Below are positions 26,459 to 36,011 of a stretch of 40,304 nt of DNA, piece by piece; within the stretch, counting starts at the first letter, position 1; every line of letters starts with the position of its first letter. Position numbers and translations under genes: made by a program. The notes below the pieces were generated by a model. The model saw only the letters and a list, made by a program, of their open reading frames with translations, was not told the DNA's origin and did no database searches. The DNA is from a virus: the IMG/VR virus record IMGVR_UViG_3300045988_041312, positions 1-40,304 of that record; one strand, 5' to 3'.

Positions 26459-27800
26459 GCATGTTCTCCTTCAGCATCCGGACGGCCTCCATCATAGCGG
26501 CCTGTCCTTCTGCCTTACTCCTGATGGCCTTCATGACCTGTTCATCAATGGTCCCTCTGGCTATCAGATGATGTATGATTACCTGGTGTTTCTGCCCCTG
26601 CCTCTTAAGCCGGGCGTTCGCCTGCTGGTACTGCTCAAGGCTCCATGTCAGCCCGAACCATACTATCGTGCTCCCTCCGTCCTGAAGATTGAGCCCGTAG
26701 CCTGCACTTGCCGGATGGGCCAGAAGCAAGGGGATTTCTCCCCGGTTCCAGGAATCCACATCCTCTGCGCTGTCCAGCGTGCGGGCTTCTGGAAACTTCT
26801 TCCGGATTCTTTCCAGATCGGACTTATAGCTATAGAACACCAAAAGGGGTTTATTAGCCTCATAAATTTCCTCCAGCGCCTCCAGCTTAGCATCGTGAAT
26901 CTCCGTATACTGCCCGTCCTTATCGTAAATAGCCCCGTTAGCCATCTGCAGAAGCTTATTGGACACGGCGGCAGCGGATAGGGCGGTGATTTCCTCATCC
27001 CCCAGGGACAGTACCTGTTCCTTCATCATCTGGATGTAGTTCTTCTTTGCCCTTTCTGGAATCTGTACATAGATGAAGTTGTTCTCTGACGGTATTTCCT
27101 TATACCCTTCCTTCAGGGTAAAGCAGATATCCCGGATCTTATCGTATATGGCCTTCTCACAGGCCTTATTGCGGCATTTATACGAGTACACAATGCCCTG
27201 ATACTGCTTTTCCGGAACGAAGTATTCCCTACGGTAGGCCGTTATGGTCTTCCCCAAGCGCTCGCCTCCATCCAGAAGGTAAAGCTGTGCCCACAGGTCC
27301 ATCAACGTGTTAGGCCTCGGGGTACCGGTCAGGATAATTCGTTTCTTAAAGCGCCCCAGACACTTCTTCAGCGCCTTGAACCGCACGGCCTGCGGATTCT
27401 TGAATGACGTGCTTTCATCCACCACCAGGGCGTCAAACGGCAGACGGTACTTATACAGCTCGCAGAGCCATTTCACGTTTTCCCGGTTGATGACGTAGAT
27501 ATCGGCATCCGCTGCCAACGCCATACGTCTTTCCTTAGGGGTACCCATGACCGTAGAGAACCTAAGGCCCCGGAAGCTATCCCATTTGCGGCCTTCCGCC
27601 TGCCAGGTGTCTTCTGCCACCTTCTTAGGGGCAATCACAAGCACCCTGGAAATGGAAACGTAGTCATACAGAAGGTCTTTCAGCGCCATCAATGTAGTGG
27701 CCGTCTTCCCCTGCCCCATCTGCAGGAAGGCTCCGACGGCCGGCAGGTCTATCATCTTCTGTGCAATCTCTTTCTGATATGCGTGCGGTACGAATTCCAT
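26451..27800 (-). CDS. SNF2-family DEAD/H helicase
   Basis: Q-motif HAYQ, motif I MGQGKTATT, motif II VVDESTSFKNP, plus a C-terminal helicase domain. Confidence 0.85.
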   Translation of the reverse strand: MEFVPHAYQKEIAQKMIDLPAVGAFLQMGQGKTATTLMALKDLLYDYVSISRVLVIAPKKVAEDTWQAEGRKWDSFRGLRFSTVMGTPKERRMALAADADIYVINRENVKWLCELYKYRLPFDALVVDESTSFKNPQAVRFKALKKCLGRFKKRIILTGTPRPNTLMDLWAQLYLLDGGERLGKTITAYRREYFVPEKQYQGIVYSYKCRNKACEKAIYDKIRDICFTLKEGYKEIPSENNFIYVQIPERAKKNYIQMMKEQVLSLGDEEITALSAAAVSNKLLQMANGAIYDKDGQYTEIHDAKLEALEEIYEANKPLLVFYSYKSDLERIRKKFPEARTLDSAEDVDSWNRGEIPLLLAHPASAGYGLNLQDGGSTIVWFGLTWSLEQYQQANARLKRQGQKHQVIIHHLIARGTIDEQVMKAIRSKAEGQAAMMEAVRMLKENMHG

Positions 27801-28011
27801 CTTCTACCTCCTTAATCAGCCGATCCAGATACCATCTGGCCTTCCTCAGGTCCTCCGTCCCATTCTTCCGCTTCCACCGCCAAAGGTACTTAATGGCATT
27901 GGCCGTGCATACGGCCTCCATCCCCATAAGCCCTATGGTGGCGGCCTTAATGGCCTCGATACACTCGATTCCGCCCTGACAGTAATGCGCCGGATGATTA
28001 ATATTATTCAT
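27664..28011 (-). CDS. DUF3310-like phage protein
   Basis: N-terminal NHPAHY...GIECIEAI...NAIKYLWRWKRK...EDLRKARWYLDRL resembles the DUF3310 signature. The C-terminal 40 aa overlap the helicase start by 137 nt. Confidence 0.55.
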   Translation of the reverse strand: MNNINHPAHYCQGGIECIEAIKAATIGLMGMEAVCTANAIKYLWRWKRKNGTEDLRKARWYLDRLIKEVEDGIRTARISERDCTEDDRPAGRRSLPADGAGEDGHYIDGAERPSV

Positions 28012-28246
28012 GGTTCATCCTCCACTTCGCTTCCATAAGGTTAATAAACCTCTTGCTTGTAATCGGAAGCTGCAGTTCAAAACAACACAGAAAGACATCC
28101 GTAATGGCGTCGTAAAATCGCAGATTCACCGCCTCACAACTTTCTGGATATGTACACAGTTCGTCTATATGGTTAAGCTCCCACGCCGCCTGTGAAAGCC
28201 TCGAACCTGCTTCATCTAACCGCTCAAGCCATTGTTTACTATCCAT
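28004..28246 (-). CDS. Hypothetical protein
   Basis: 80-aa ORF on the operon strand. Confidence 0.4.
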   Translation of the reverse strand: MDSKQWLERLDEAGSRLSQAAWELNHIDELCTYPESCEAVNLRFYDAITDVFLCCFELQLPITSKRFINLMEAKWRMNHE

Positions 28247-28509
28247 CGCATAAATCCCTCCACACTTTTTCGGTTATCAATCACAACCACCCGGCACCGC
28301 AGGCGGTAAAGCCTCCGAAGCACTGCCCTCTGCACTGGTCTTGGCTTTTCAAATGGTCGTTTCAATTCCACAAAGGCTATCCTGCCATCAGGACATATCA
28401 CTATCCTATCTGGCACTCCTGCCGTCCCCGGGCTTACCCATTTCAGGCATTCTCCGCCTGCCCGGTTTATTGATTTTCGTAAATACTTTTCTATGTCTTT
28501 TTCAAACAT
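28216..28509 (-). CDS. VRR-NUC domain nuclease
   Basis: GVPDRIVICPDGRIAFVELKRP...PVQ matches the VRR-NUC PD-(D/E)xK motif. Conserved partner of SNF2 helicase in this replication module. Confidence 0.75.
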   Translation of the reverse strand: MFEKDIEKYLRKSINRAGGECLKWVSPGTAGVPDRIVICPDGRIAFVELKRPFEKPRPVQRAVLRRLYRLRCRVVVIDNRKSVEGFMRWIVNNGLSG

Positions 28510-28835
28510 TTCTATGTAACCACTTGGTTACATCTCTGACCCCCAATCTCATTCGACAAATACTGATACTTAATATTAAATGTAACCAAGTAACCAAAAA
28601 TCGGCCAACATTTATATATGGCGTTTTATAGCCCTATATACCCTCTATATCTCTAAAATATAAATTTTAAGGATATTTTGGTTACTTGGTTACACTAGTC
28701 CAATAAACCCCGACAAACACTGGCTAAACTGGTGTAACCAAAATGTGACCAAAGTGTGACCAAACCATTTTTGGTTACATTTTTCCTGAAAAATCAATGT
28801 AACCAAATTGGCCTGTCCAAAAATTTTGGTTACAC
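28510..28835. repeat. Putative origin of replication. At least 11 copies of the 7-mer GTAACCA/TGGTTAC in both orientations, 2 degenerate GTGACCA copies and an AT-rich core.
   Basis: Copies at 28516-22, 28525-31, 28582-88, 28590-96, 28679-85, 28687-93, 28734-40, 28772-78, 28799-805 and 28827-33, with variants at 28745-51 and 28755-61. Perfect palindrome tgtaaccacttggttaca at 28515-32. AT-rich stretch 28600-28670. Confidence 0.65.
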
Positions 28836-31181
28836 CCGGATATAGGCCTTTTGGACCCCATAAAGATTCCCAAATCGAAGAGCCCCGCGCCCGTTCTTAT
28901 AAGGCTCCCAACCCTTAATCCGGTGCATAATGGCGTTGAGTTCCCGGGAATTGGCTGACGTGAATTTGTCCTTCCGGTTTCCCAGGGCTTCCACCCAGAT
29001 CTGGAGTACACAGACCTTATCCAAAGGCCTGCCCTCCGCCGTCTCCTCTGAATAGCTGTCAAGATAAGCTTTCCTATCATACAGATCCAGCTTCTGCCAG
29101 CATTCGGGAAACCGCTTTTCCAGATAGTCCTCAATAAGCCCCTTCTTTTCGCTACCCTCGGTCACCGCATCCTGCATCTCTGCGGCCATACTCCGGGCCT
29201 CCGCGTCCAAAAGCAAAGTACTATCCTTCCTGTAAGCGTCCATGGCTTCCGCCCATATCTGGTCGGTCTCCATATCCGCCGCATTCAACGCGCCGTTTCC
29301 ATTCACCAGTACCGGAAGGAACCGCCGCCCGCCGGTACGGTCGCGCAAGAACTCGCTATCGTTGGTCGTCGCGGCAAAGACGCACTGCCGGGGATAGGCC
29401 TCCGTCCGCCTTCCATAGGCCTTACGGAACTTATCCACCTGCCGGGTGATAAACGCCTTCAGTGCGTCATTTTCCGCCTTGCTGGTGGCCTGCATTTCGG
29501 CCAGCTCTATAATCCAGCTCCCCTGCAGCTGCTCCAGTGTATCCTTCGTACCAATGGATACCAGAGAGTCATTGAACCACTCCCCGCCAAGCTTTGCCAG
29601 CAGTGTGGATTTACCTATCCCCTGCGGCCCTGAAAGGATAAGGCAGTAGTCATACTTAACCCCCGGGCGCATGACACGGGCCACGGCGGCCTTGAGAAAG
29701 CTTCTGGCCACCGCCCGGGTATAATGACTGTCCTCCGCCCCCAGATAGTCACTGAAAATCGTGTCCATCCTCTGCACCCCGTCCCAGGTAAGCCCCTTAA
29801 GATAGTCCCTTACCGGATGAAAAGCGTTGTCTTCCATCACCTGCAGAAGGGCGTCATCGATAATCTGCCGGCCCTGCAGCTGAAACTTAAGGGAGAGGAA
29901 ATTCCGAAGCCCTGCATCGTCGCTGTCCGTCCATACGCTGCTTACCTCCAGTTTCCGCCAGGGAAGGTCCGCCAGTACGGAGGGCCTGTGGGAAAATCGG
30001 TTCATGCCGAACTTCTTCTTAAGCCTCGGGTCATATGACAGGATAAGGATTGCATTTTCAGCCAGCGGCTTCGTCTTTCCGTTCCGGTCACGCTGAATCC
30101 TCCCCATCCAGTCAAAATCCTCGGGATCATAAATCAGGCTGTCCTGCATGGAGTCGATCGCCGATTTTCCCAGTTCTATCCGTGTAGCCTTGTCCCCCGC
30201 CGCAAACTCCTGCATAGCCTTAAAGGAAGGGCGCTTCCCTATAGGCGTATCGTCCTCACAGTCGTCATCCAGCGAGCCGAACTTATGCACCCGTACCAGG
30301 TCGAAGGCGTTGCAGTCCATGCCGGAGGCCGGATCTGTTGCGTGGTGGGAATAGGCGAACTTCCCATCATAGGTCACCAGCCCGCCGGACGTGGAGCCCT
30401 TGCGGTAGGTATACCGCCCCTCCATGCCGTCCACCGGCGTATATACATCAGAGAGAAACGTCTCTATGGCGTCCTCTATGGTGTGTGCCCGGCAGAAGGC
30501 GCCGATAACTCCCTTCTTTGTGGTCGGGTCCTGCTGCTTCTTTCCACCATGGATAAGGGCGATTTCACTTCTGGCCATAGGCCATGTGCTGGCATCCTTC
30601 CAGTTGTCATACCGTGCCAATACCTCATCGGGATTAAGGAATGCCCCCTGCCGGGCATCCATGGCATACTCCCCGTCCCTCGGGCAGCTCGGCCAGTACA
30701 TCAGCCGGCTGGGTTCGAAGGTCGTCGGGTCGAAGCTGTCCATGCCTATATCTTTGGCGATTCGACGTGCTATTGCTTCATAGGCCTCGGGTTCTACCCT
30801 CTGAGATAGTGGAACTACCAGGCGGTACCTCGGGGCCTCTTTTCGGCTGGAATGCGTCGTATACCAGGCGTAGGCATAGGCCCCCAGTGTTTTCCTTACA
30901 TCGTCGAAGAACGTGTCAGAAGGACTGTCAGCGTCAAGCGTCACGGCCTGCCGGTATACCACAGAGTCCTTCTTACGCCGTCCATCCTTCAGATAGCCGA
31001 ACACATAACCGCCCACATCCTTAGCGCTGTCCCGTTTGGCCTTGGAAAGTTTCCGGTACTCCGCCACCGTCTCTGCAGTCCTTACCGGAACCTGCAGACG
31101 CCGGCAGAAGTCCTCCCATGAGATTTCGGTGTTCTTCCACGTTTTCGCCAGCTTGCTTTGTGCAATCGCAATCGTAAACAT
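28830..31181 (-). CDS. DNA primase/helicase, VirE (virulence-associated E)/P4-type with N-terminal primase-polymerase-like domain
   Basis: P-loop LILSGPQGIGKSTLL. 783 aa. Sits between polA and the origin. Confidence 0.7.
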   Translation of the reverse strand: MFTIAIAQSKLAKTWKNTEISWEDFCRRLQVPVRTAETVAEYRKLSKAKRDSAKDVGGYVFGYLKDGRRKKDSVVYRQAVTLDADSPSDTFFDDVRKTLGAYAYAWYTTHSSRKEAPRYRLVVPLSQRVEPEAYEAIARRIAKDIGMDSFDPTTFEPSRLMYWPSCPRDGEYAMDARQGAFLNPDEVLARYDNWKDASTWPMARSEIALIHGGKKQQDPTTKKGVIGAFCRAHTIEDAIETFLSDVYTPVDGMEGRYTYRKGSTSGGLVTYDGKFAYSHHATDPASGMDCNAFDLVRVHKFGSLDDDCEDDTPIGKRPSFKAMQEFAAGDKATRIELGKSAIDSMQDSLIYDPEDFDWMGRIQRDRNGKTKPLAENAILILSYDPRLKKKFGMNRFSHRPSVLADLPWRKLEVSSVWTDSDDAGLRNFLSLKFQLQGRQIIDDALLQVMEDNAFHPVRDYLKGLTWDGVQRMDTIFSDYLGAEDSHYTRAVARSFLKAAVARVMRPGVKYDYCLILSGPQGIGKSTLLAKLGGEWFNDSLVSIGTKDTLEQLQGSWIIELAEMQATSKAENDALKAFITRQVDKFRKAYGRRTEAYPRQCVFAATTNDSEFLRDRTGGRRFLPVLVNGNGALNAADMETDQIWAEAMDAYRKDSTLLLDAEARSMAAEMQDAVTEGSEKKGLIEDYLEKRFPECWQKLDLYDRKAYLDSYSEETAEGRPLDKVCVLQIWVEALGNRKDKFTSANSRELNAIMHRIKGWEPYKNGRGALRFGNLYGVQKAYIRV

Positions 31182-31183
31182 AT

Positions 31184-33133
31184 CTAGTCCTTCTTATAAA
31201 ATGCCGACTCGAAGCCGTCAGCATTAGTAATCAGCCCCTTATTCCATGACGTGTTCTGTGTCATAATGCGGACCACGTCTGTAAGGGAGCCGAATCCCTC
31301 CGGCGCTTCGATAATCACTTCATCGTGTACGTGCAGACAGATCTTGTACCCGGCCTCCGTCAGCCTCCGCATGGCGTCCGCCAGGCAGTCACGGGCCACC
31401 GCCTGCACGATGTTTTCCACCAGCTTCCCGCCATAGGTCTCAAGCGGGCCCCAGCCCCCGTTCATCTGCTGTACGCCCATGTAGGTGATGGACTCGCTTC
31501 CGAACCGGTTCAGCCCTATGGCCGGCCTGATATACACCAGATGACGGCCTGACGGAAGTTCTATAAACAGGGCGCCATGGTCGGCATGGAAAACGATATT
31601 CCCCTGCCGTATACGCACGGGGTATCCGGTCTTAATCGTTTCTTTTGCTGCCCGGTCCACGTCATACCAGAATCGGATGATATGAGGGGACCTCGCCCGC
31701 CATTTGGAAACGATTTCGGTCATTTCCTTCTCGGTAAGCCCCATCTTATCGGCGCCCATGGCCTTAAGGGCCCCTACGCTTCCGCCGTAGCCCAGTGCCA
31801 GTTCAGCCACCTTGCCCTTCTGCCTGAGGTGTCCGTTGAAGCCGTGCTTGACCACCGGCACACCGAACATCTGAGAGGCAGAAGCGCAATAGATATCGCC
31901 GTTATGGGCAAATACCTCCTGCCTCCACTTTTCCCCGGCCAGCCAGGCAATCACCCGGGCCTCTATGGCGGAGTAATCCGCCACAATGAACCGCTTTCCT
32001 TCTCCGGCCACTAAGGCCGTTCGTATCAGCTGGCTCAAAGTGTCTGAGACATTGTCAAAAATCACTTCTAACGCGTTCAGGTCGCCGTCCTTAACAAGTT
32101 GCCTTGCGAGCAGTAAATCGGGCTCTGGCATGCTGTTTCTGGGCAGATTATGGAGTTGTACGATACGCCCTGCCCATCGTCCGGTGCGCATGGCCCCGTA
32201 AAACTGGAACATGCCGTGGATGCGCCCTTCTCCGGTACAGGCCTCCTGCATGGCGATGAACTTCTTAACGGAGGTCTTTCCCAGCCGCTGCCGGATTTTC
32301 AGGACTTTCCTTACCTCTTCCGGCAGGTCCTTCGCCAGAAGCGCCGCCACCGTCTTCTTATCCAGGCTCTCCAGATTCTGCCCGGTCCCCGACTCCAGCC
32401 ATCCTTTCAGCTGGGCCACGGAGTTGGGATTGGAAAGCCCTGTAAGCCGTCTGGCCTCATCCATCAGTTCCGCCTTATACTCGCGTTCAATGATTATGGC
32501 ATTAGCCACCAGTTCCTTATCGATTTCCGCCCCGTTGCGGTTAATCCGCTGATCCACCAGCCAGTAGGTATGTTCTAACGGGGTAGGCTTAAAGGGCAAT
32601 AGCCTTTTACGGATTGCCCTTTCTACCACTACGTCCTGTACGTTATAAGATTTGTATTCCTCCCACTTTTCGGGAGCGTCTGCCGGACGATTTCTGGTTC
32701 GTCCGCCATTGGCCTTGGTGGGCTTGCATGGCGTGGAAAAGTAGCGGATGAGCGCCTTGCCCTTGGTGTCCTTCTGCTCTTCCAGACCTAACGCCTTCGC
32801 CACACCGGAAAGCGAACACGGGAGGGAATTGTATAGCGCCAGTACGGACGTGCATTCCCATTGTTCACTGGGTAAATCGGGGAAGAACTTCCGCAGACAC
32901 GTGATTTCAAAATTCGCATTGAATGCCGTCTTGGTAATCTCCGGATCATACAGCGCCTTAATGATTTCATCCGGCAGTTCCTGTATAGTCAGGTCTATAC
33001 AGGTCACCGGCTCATCATCAAACGCATACCCAAAGAGCAGAATCTCAAAATCCGGCGCATCTACGTACTTGTACACCCCATAGCGGATATCGTTAGAACT
33101 AAATGTTTCTATATCGATACCCATCGTTCTCAT
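31184..33133 (-). CDS. DNA polymerase, family A, with 3-5 exonuclease domain
   Basis: Exo I GIDIETFS. Motif A IVADYSAIEARV. Motif B RQKGKVAELALGYGG. Motif C LHVHDEVIIE. Confidence 0.85.
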   Translation of the reverse strand: MRTMGIDIETFSSNDIRYGVYKYVDAPDFEILLFGYAFDDEPVTCIDLTIQELPDEIIKALYDPEITKTAFNANFEITCLRKFFPDLPSEQWECTSVLALYNSLPCSLSGVAKALGLEEQKDTKGKALIRYFSTPCKPTKANGGRTRNRPADAPEKWEEYKSYNVQDVVVERAIRKRLLPFKPTPLEHTYWLVDQRINRNGAEIDKELVANAIIIEREYKAELMDEARRLTGLSNPNSVAQLKGWLESGTGQNLESLDKKTVAALLAKDLPEEVRKVLKIRQRLGKTSVKKFIAMQEACTGEGRIHGMFQFYGAMRTGRWAGRIVQLHNLPRNSMPEPDLLLARQLVKDGDLNALEVIFDNVSDTLSQLIRTALVAGEGKRFIVADYSAIEARVIAWLAGEKWRQEVFAHNGDIYCASASQMFGVPVVKHGFNGHLRQKGKVAELALGYGGSVGALKAMGADKMGLTEKEMTEIVSKWRARSPHIIRFWYDVDRAAKETIKTGYPVRIRQGNIVFHADHGALFIELPSGRHLVYIRPAIGLNRFGSESITYMGVQQMNGGWGPLETYGGKLVENIVQAVARDCLADAMRRLTEAGYKICLHVHDEVIIEAPEGFGSLTDVVRIMTQNTSWNKGLITNADGFESAFYKKD

Positions 33134-33660
33134 AACAGGTCATCACCCAGCAGGTCATCGCTGAAATCATCCACAGTAATGCGTGTGCTTCCCAGCGGCT
33201 CCCCATCAGACAGTTTGCGGATAGCACTTAAGCCCACACCGATACCCTTACGCCCGTTGAAGTTGTACGGATACAGGGAAATGACAGCCTGTGCATAGCA
33301 TCCGCTGTATACTTCGGAGGTATCCACGATGTCGTTTCTGTCACGGTCAACTACCAGAGGCGGGCGGTCTTCATTCGCCTTGGCATTAAGATAGAAGCAG
33401 CCCGGGTAGCCGGCCATATCCGGCTTTTCATCCCCGTCACGGAGAGGAAGGTCAATCCCCTGCACCTTACCGCCCATCTTGGCCTTGGTTTCCGGGTCAT
33501 CCAGAATCTGCTTGAATGCCGCCTTAAGACGGTTAAGGGTCTTAGTATCCTTCTTATCGATGAGAAGGGCAGCGGAGTACTTCAGACGTCCCTGAAGATC
33601 TTCCTTCGGCTGAAAAACGTGTACATAGCTGAGTCTTACTTTTCCTGTTGTGAACTTCAT
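33130..33660 (-). CDS. DUF2815-family phage ssDNA-binding-like protein
   Basis: N-terminal TGKVRLSYVHVFQP. Acidic C-terminal tail DDFSDDLLGDDLL. Co-occurs with DUF2800 and PolA. Confidence 0.7.
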   Translation of the reverse strand: MKFTTGKVRLSYVHVFQPKEDLQGRLKYSAALLIDKKDTKTLNRLKAAFKQILDDPETKAKMGGKVQGIDLPLRDGDEKPDMAGYPGCFYLNAKANEDRPPLVVDRDRNDIVDTSEVYSGCYAQAVISLYPYNFNGRKGIGVGLSAIRKLSDGEPLGSTRITVDDFSDDLLGDDLL

Positions 33661-34787
33661 AATGATTTCTCCTCTTCAATTAAATTGTCATCAAAAACGG
33701 TAATCTCTTTGCGCCGGTCGGACTGCGGAACCAGTGTCGGCTTGCCTTCCGGCTTCTCAATTACGCCCCTAAGCAGCTGTGCCAGATTCTTCTTTCCTAC
33801 CAGCTTCTCCAGTGCGGTAAGGGTCTTAAGTTCTTGTGGTTTGTAGACGTCGGTGTAACCTTCCGCCTTCAGAATCTCAATCGCCTTTTCCTCATCGGTA
33901 ATCTTTCGGGTAGACCGTCCGGCAACCAGCTTGAGCCCCTTCCACTTCTTCCCTTTCAACGCTTCGGCCAGGGCGTAGGCCTCCACATCGCTGATGTAGC
34001 TCTTGATCTCCTTTGCCTTCACCACGATGTCCGCCAGCTGGTCATCTGACAGCTCATCGGGAATCGTGAAGTTAAGGTCGTCCAGCAGGTAGTCGTGGTG
34101 GGCCCGGCACTTAATCTTTGCCCTGCAGAACTTGCAATGCGAACCGGCCACGCAATCGCCTTCCCCTCGGAACGCCTTTTCCGCAATGGGGCGAATCCTG
34201 CTTCCCCATTCCAGAAGCTCCTTCATGGACAGCGTGTCACTGGAAATGCTGTCCAATCGGGGCTGTACTATGGTCATGGTGATATTGTCGGTATCGAACA
34301 GCAGACCATAGCGGGCGTAGGCACCGAGGGCGTATAAGCGCATCTGGGTATTGCCCTTTGCCGATACAGGAACCCCCTTACCATACTTAAGGTCAATGAC
34401 CTCTATGCCGGCATCGGAGACCAGCACACAGTCCCCTGTACCGAAGCCCTTCGGTACCCAGGCGGAGAAGTTGAGCCGGATTTCCACCCCGCACACCGCA
34501 TCCGGAGAAACGGCTTGCGCCGCAGTGATCTTTTCAACGCAGGTATCCACATATTTCTGTACGGCCTCCTGCATTTCGGCGTTTTCGCACTCTACCTTCC
34601 CGCTGCCACCTTTCAGGAAGGCGGAAAGGGTCTTTTCTGCCAGTGCATGGGCGGCAGTGCCTTCCTCCGCATATACGCTTGTACCATTCGGGTACATCGA
34701 CTCCAGCCGGGCGGATGGCGTGCATACCAGCCAGCGGGAAGAGCTGGAGGCGCTCAGTAAGGCATGTTCAGGCATTTTCGAACTCAT
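33657..34787 (-). CDS. DUF2800-family PD-(D/E)xK nuclease (Cas4-like, with C-terminal Cys cluster)
   Basis: N-terminal HALLSASSSSRWLVCTPS and the Cys cluster CKFCRAKIKCRAHH. 376 aa. Confidence 0.7.
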   Translation of the reverse strand: MSSKMPEHALLSASSSSRWLVCTPSARLESMYPNGTSVYAEEGTAAHALAEKTLSAFLKGGSGKVECENAEMQEAVQKYVDTCVEKITAAQAVSPDAVCGVEIRLNFSAWVPKGFGTGDCVLVSDAGIEVIDLKYGKGVPVSAKGNTQMRLYALGAYARYGLLFDTDNITMTIVQPRLDSISSDTLSMKELLEWGSRIRPIAEKAFRGEGDCVAGSHCKFCRAKIKCRAHHDYLLDDLNFTIPDELSDDQLADIVVKAKEIKSYISDVEAYALAEALKGKKWKGLKLVAGRSTRKITDEEKAIEILKAEGYTDVYKPQELKTLTALEKLVGKKNLAQLLRGVIEKPEGKPTLVPQSDRRKEITVFDDNLIEEEKSL

Positions 34788-35148
34788 TTATAAACATCTC
34801 CACCTTATCCGGGGTAATCTTGGTTACCCGTTCAAAACCATTATCGGAAAGCCACTTCTTCAGGATTTCGTGATTCTTCGGGTCCTTGCGGAGGAAGGCC
34901 ACGGCCACCTGGCGGAGCTTGGTCAGCTGTTCCGGTGTAGTGTGTTCTTCCGGGCTTTTGGCCAGTTCCTTCTTAGCCGGCTTTTCTTCGGCTTTTTTCG
35001 GAGCTTCTGCTACGGGGCTTGCGGTCTTGACCGTTTCCGGTTCAGCCGCTTTTGGTTCCTTCTTCTGTGCCAGCGCTCTCGCTCCCAGCAGCAACTGCAT
35101 ATCGTGCAAAATTTCTTCGGCGTTTCCTTCAAACTCGATTCTCAGCAT
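34768..35148 (-). CDS. Hypothetical protein with low-complexity Lys/Pro/Glu/Ala linker
   Basis: 126-aa ORF on the operon strand. Confidence 0.45.
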   Translation of the reverse strand: MLRIEFEGNAEEILHDMQLLLGARALAQKKEPKAAEPETVKTASPVAEAPKKAEEKPAKKELAKSPEEHTTPEQLTKLRQVAVAFLRKDPKNHEILKKWLSDNGFERVTKITPDKVEMFINEFENA

Positions 35149-35149
35149 A

Positions 35150-35593
35150 TTACTCTCCTATCTTCCGTAATCCGGAAATAATGGCCATTCTGCGGCCATC
35201 AACCACCTTGATAACCTGATAGTTCTTGTGTACAAAAATCTTATCTGCCTTATCCAGCCAACCAGCATACTTCTTCTGGATGAACACCTTGCGTGTTCCA
35301 TCCTCAGAAACTACCGACTGAAACTGACAGGCCTGCTGAATAAATTCGTTGCCCAGTTTTCCCTGAATGAACTCCTTGAACTGATGGAGCACGCGGGAAA
35401 TATGGTCATTAGCCTTCAGGGCCATAGGCTTAAAGATGAAATCCTCCTGCGGAACCCAGAATGCGCAGTAAGCGCTGAGTGAAAAACCCACGCCATCCTC
35501 TATGAACTGATAGATGAGTCTGTGGCCTTCATCCTCCGGCCCACGCCTGAAATAGAGTTTGACAACATCTGTATAAATTTTCTGAAGCTTCAT
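35150..35593 (-). CDS. Hypothetical protein
   Basis: 147-aa ORF on the operon strand. Confidence 0.45.
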   Translation of the reverse strand: MKLQKIYTDVVKLYFRRGPEDEGHRLIYQFIEDGVGFSLSAYCAFWVPQEDFIFKPMALKANDHISRVLHQFKEFIQGKLGNEFIQQACQFQSVVSEDGTRKVFIQKKYAGWLDKADKIFVHKNYQVIKVVDGRRMAIISGLRKIGE

Positions 35594-35640
35594 TTTTACC
35601 CTCTTTTCTGGTAATCTATAAATGTAGTAATTTTTGGCAG

Positions 35641-35675
35641 GCGTCTGGTTATTGGTACTAACCAGACGCTTTTTA
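35641..35675 (+). terminator. Strong hairpin (11-bp perfect stem GCGTCTGGTTA, 7-nt loop) followed by TTTTTA on the plus strand
   Basis: Read directly. Sits between two minus-strand genes. The T-tract is only on the plus strand. Confidence 0.5.
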
Positions 35676-36011
35676 CATGTGATCCAGAACCCTTCGGATT
35701 TCCCTGCCCACCGTCAGGCGGTCCTGGAATGTGGTTTGTTCCCTAAAGTCATTCATGTACGTCTGCACCATTTCGGTATAGATTTCCATCTTCAGAAGGG
35801 TGGTTCCACCTATCGGGTCGCCTTCCCGGTATGGGGCCAGAATTTTAACCTCCTGCGGAGACTCAATTTGAATGACGCCCTTCTTTGCGAGCTTGTACTT
35901 TGTCACCCTCACAGATTCCGGTGACATATCCAGCAGTTCCGCTGCCTCGGAGTTGGTGACGTGCGGATTACTGCAGTACAGATCATAGAGCTGTTCAATT
36001 TTCGTTTTCAT
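35673..36011 (-). CDS. Putative HTH DNA-binding protein
   Basis: Helix-turn-helix-like NSEAAELLDMSPESVRVTKYKLAKKG. Confidence 0.45.
   Translation of the reverse strand: MKTKIEQLYDLYCSNPHVTNSEAAELLDMSPESVRVTKYKLAKKGVIQIESPQEVKILAPYREGDPIGGTTLLKMEIYTEMVQTYMNDFREQTTFQDRLTVGREIRRVLDHM

Noticed and set aside
28775-29134. 119-aa minus-strand ORF overlapping the primase 3-prime end
   Set aside because: A different frame inside the well-supported primase/helicase gene. No independent RBS.
34351-35181. 276-aa plus-strand ORF
   Set aside because: Antisense to the DUF2800 nuclease and the neighbouring gene. No RBS. Shadow ORF.
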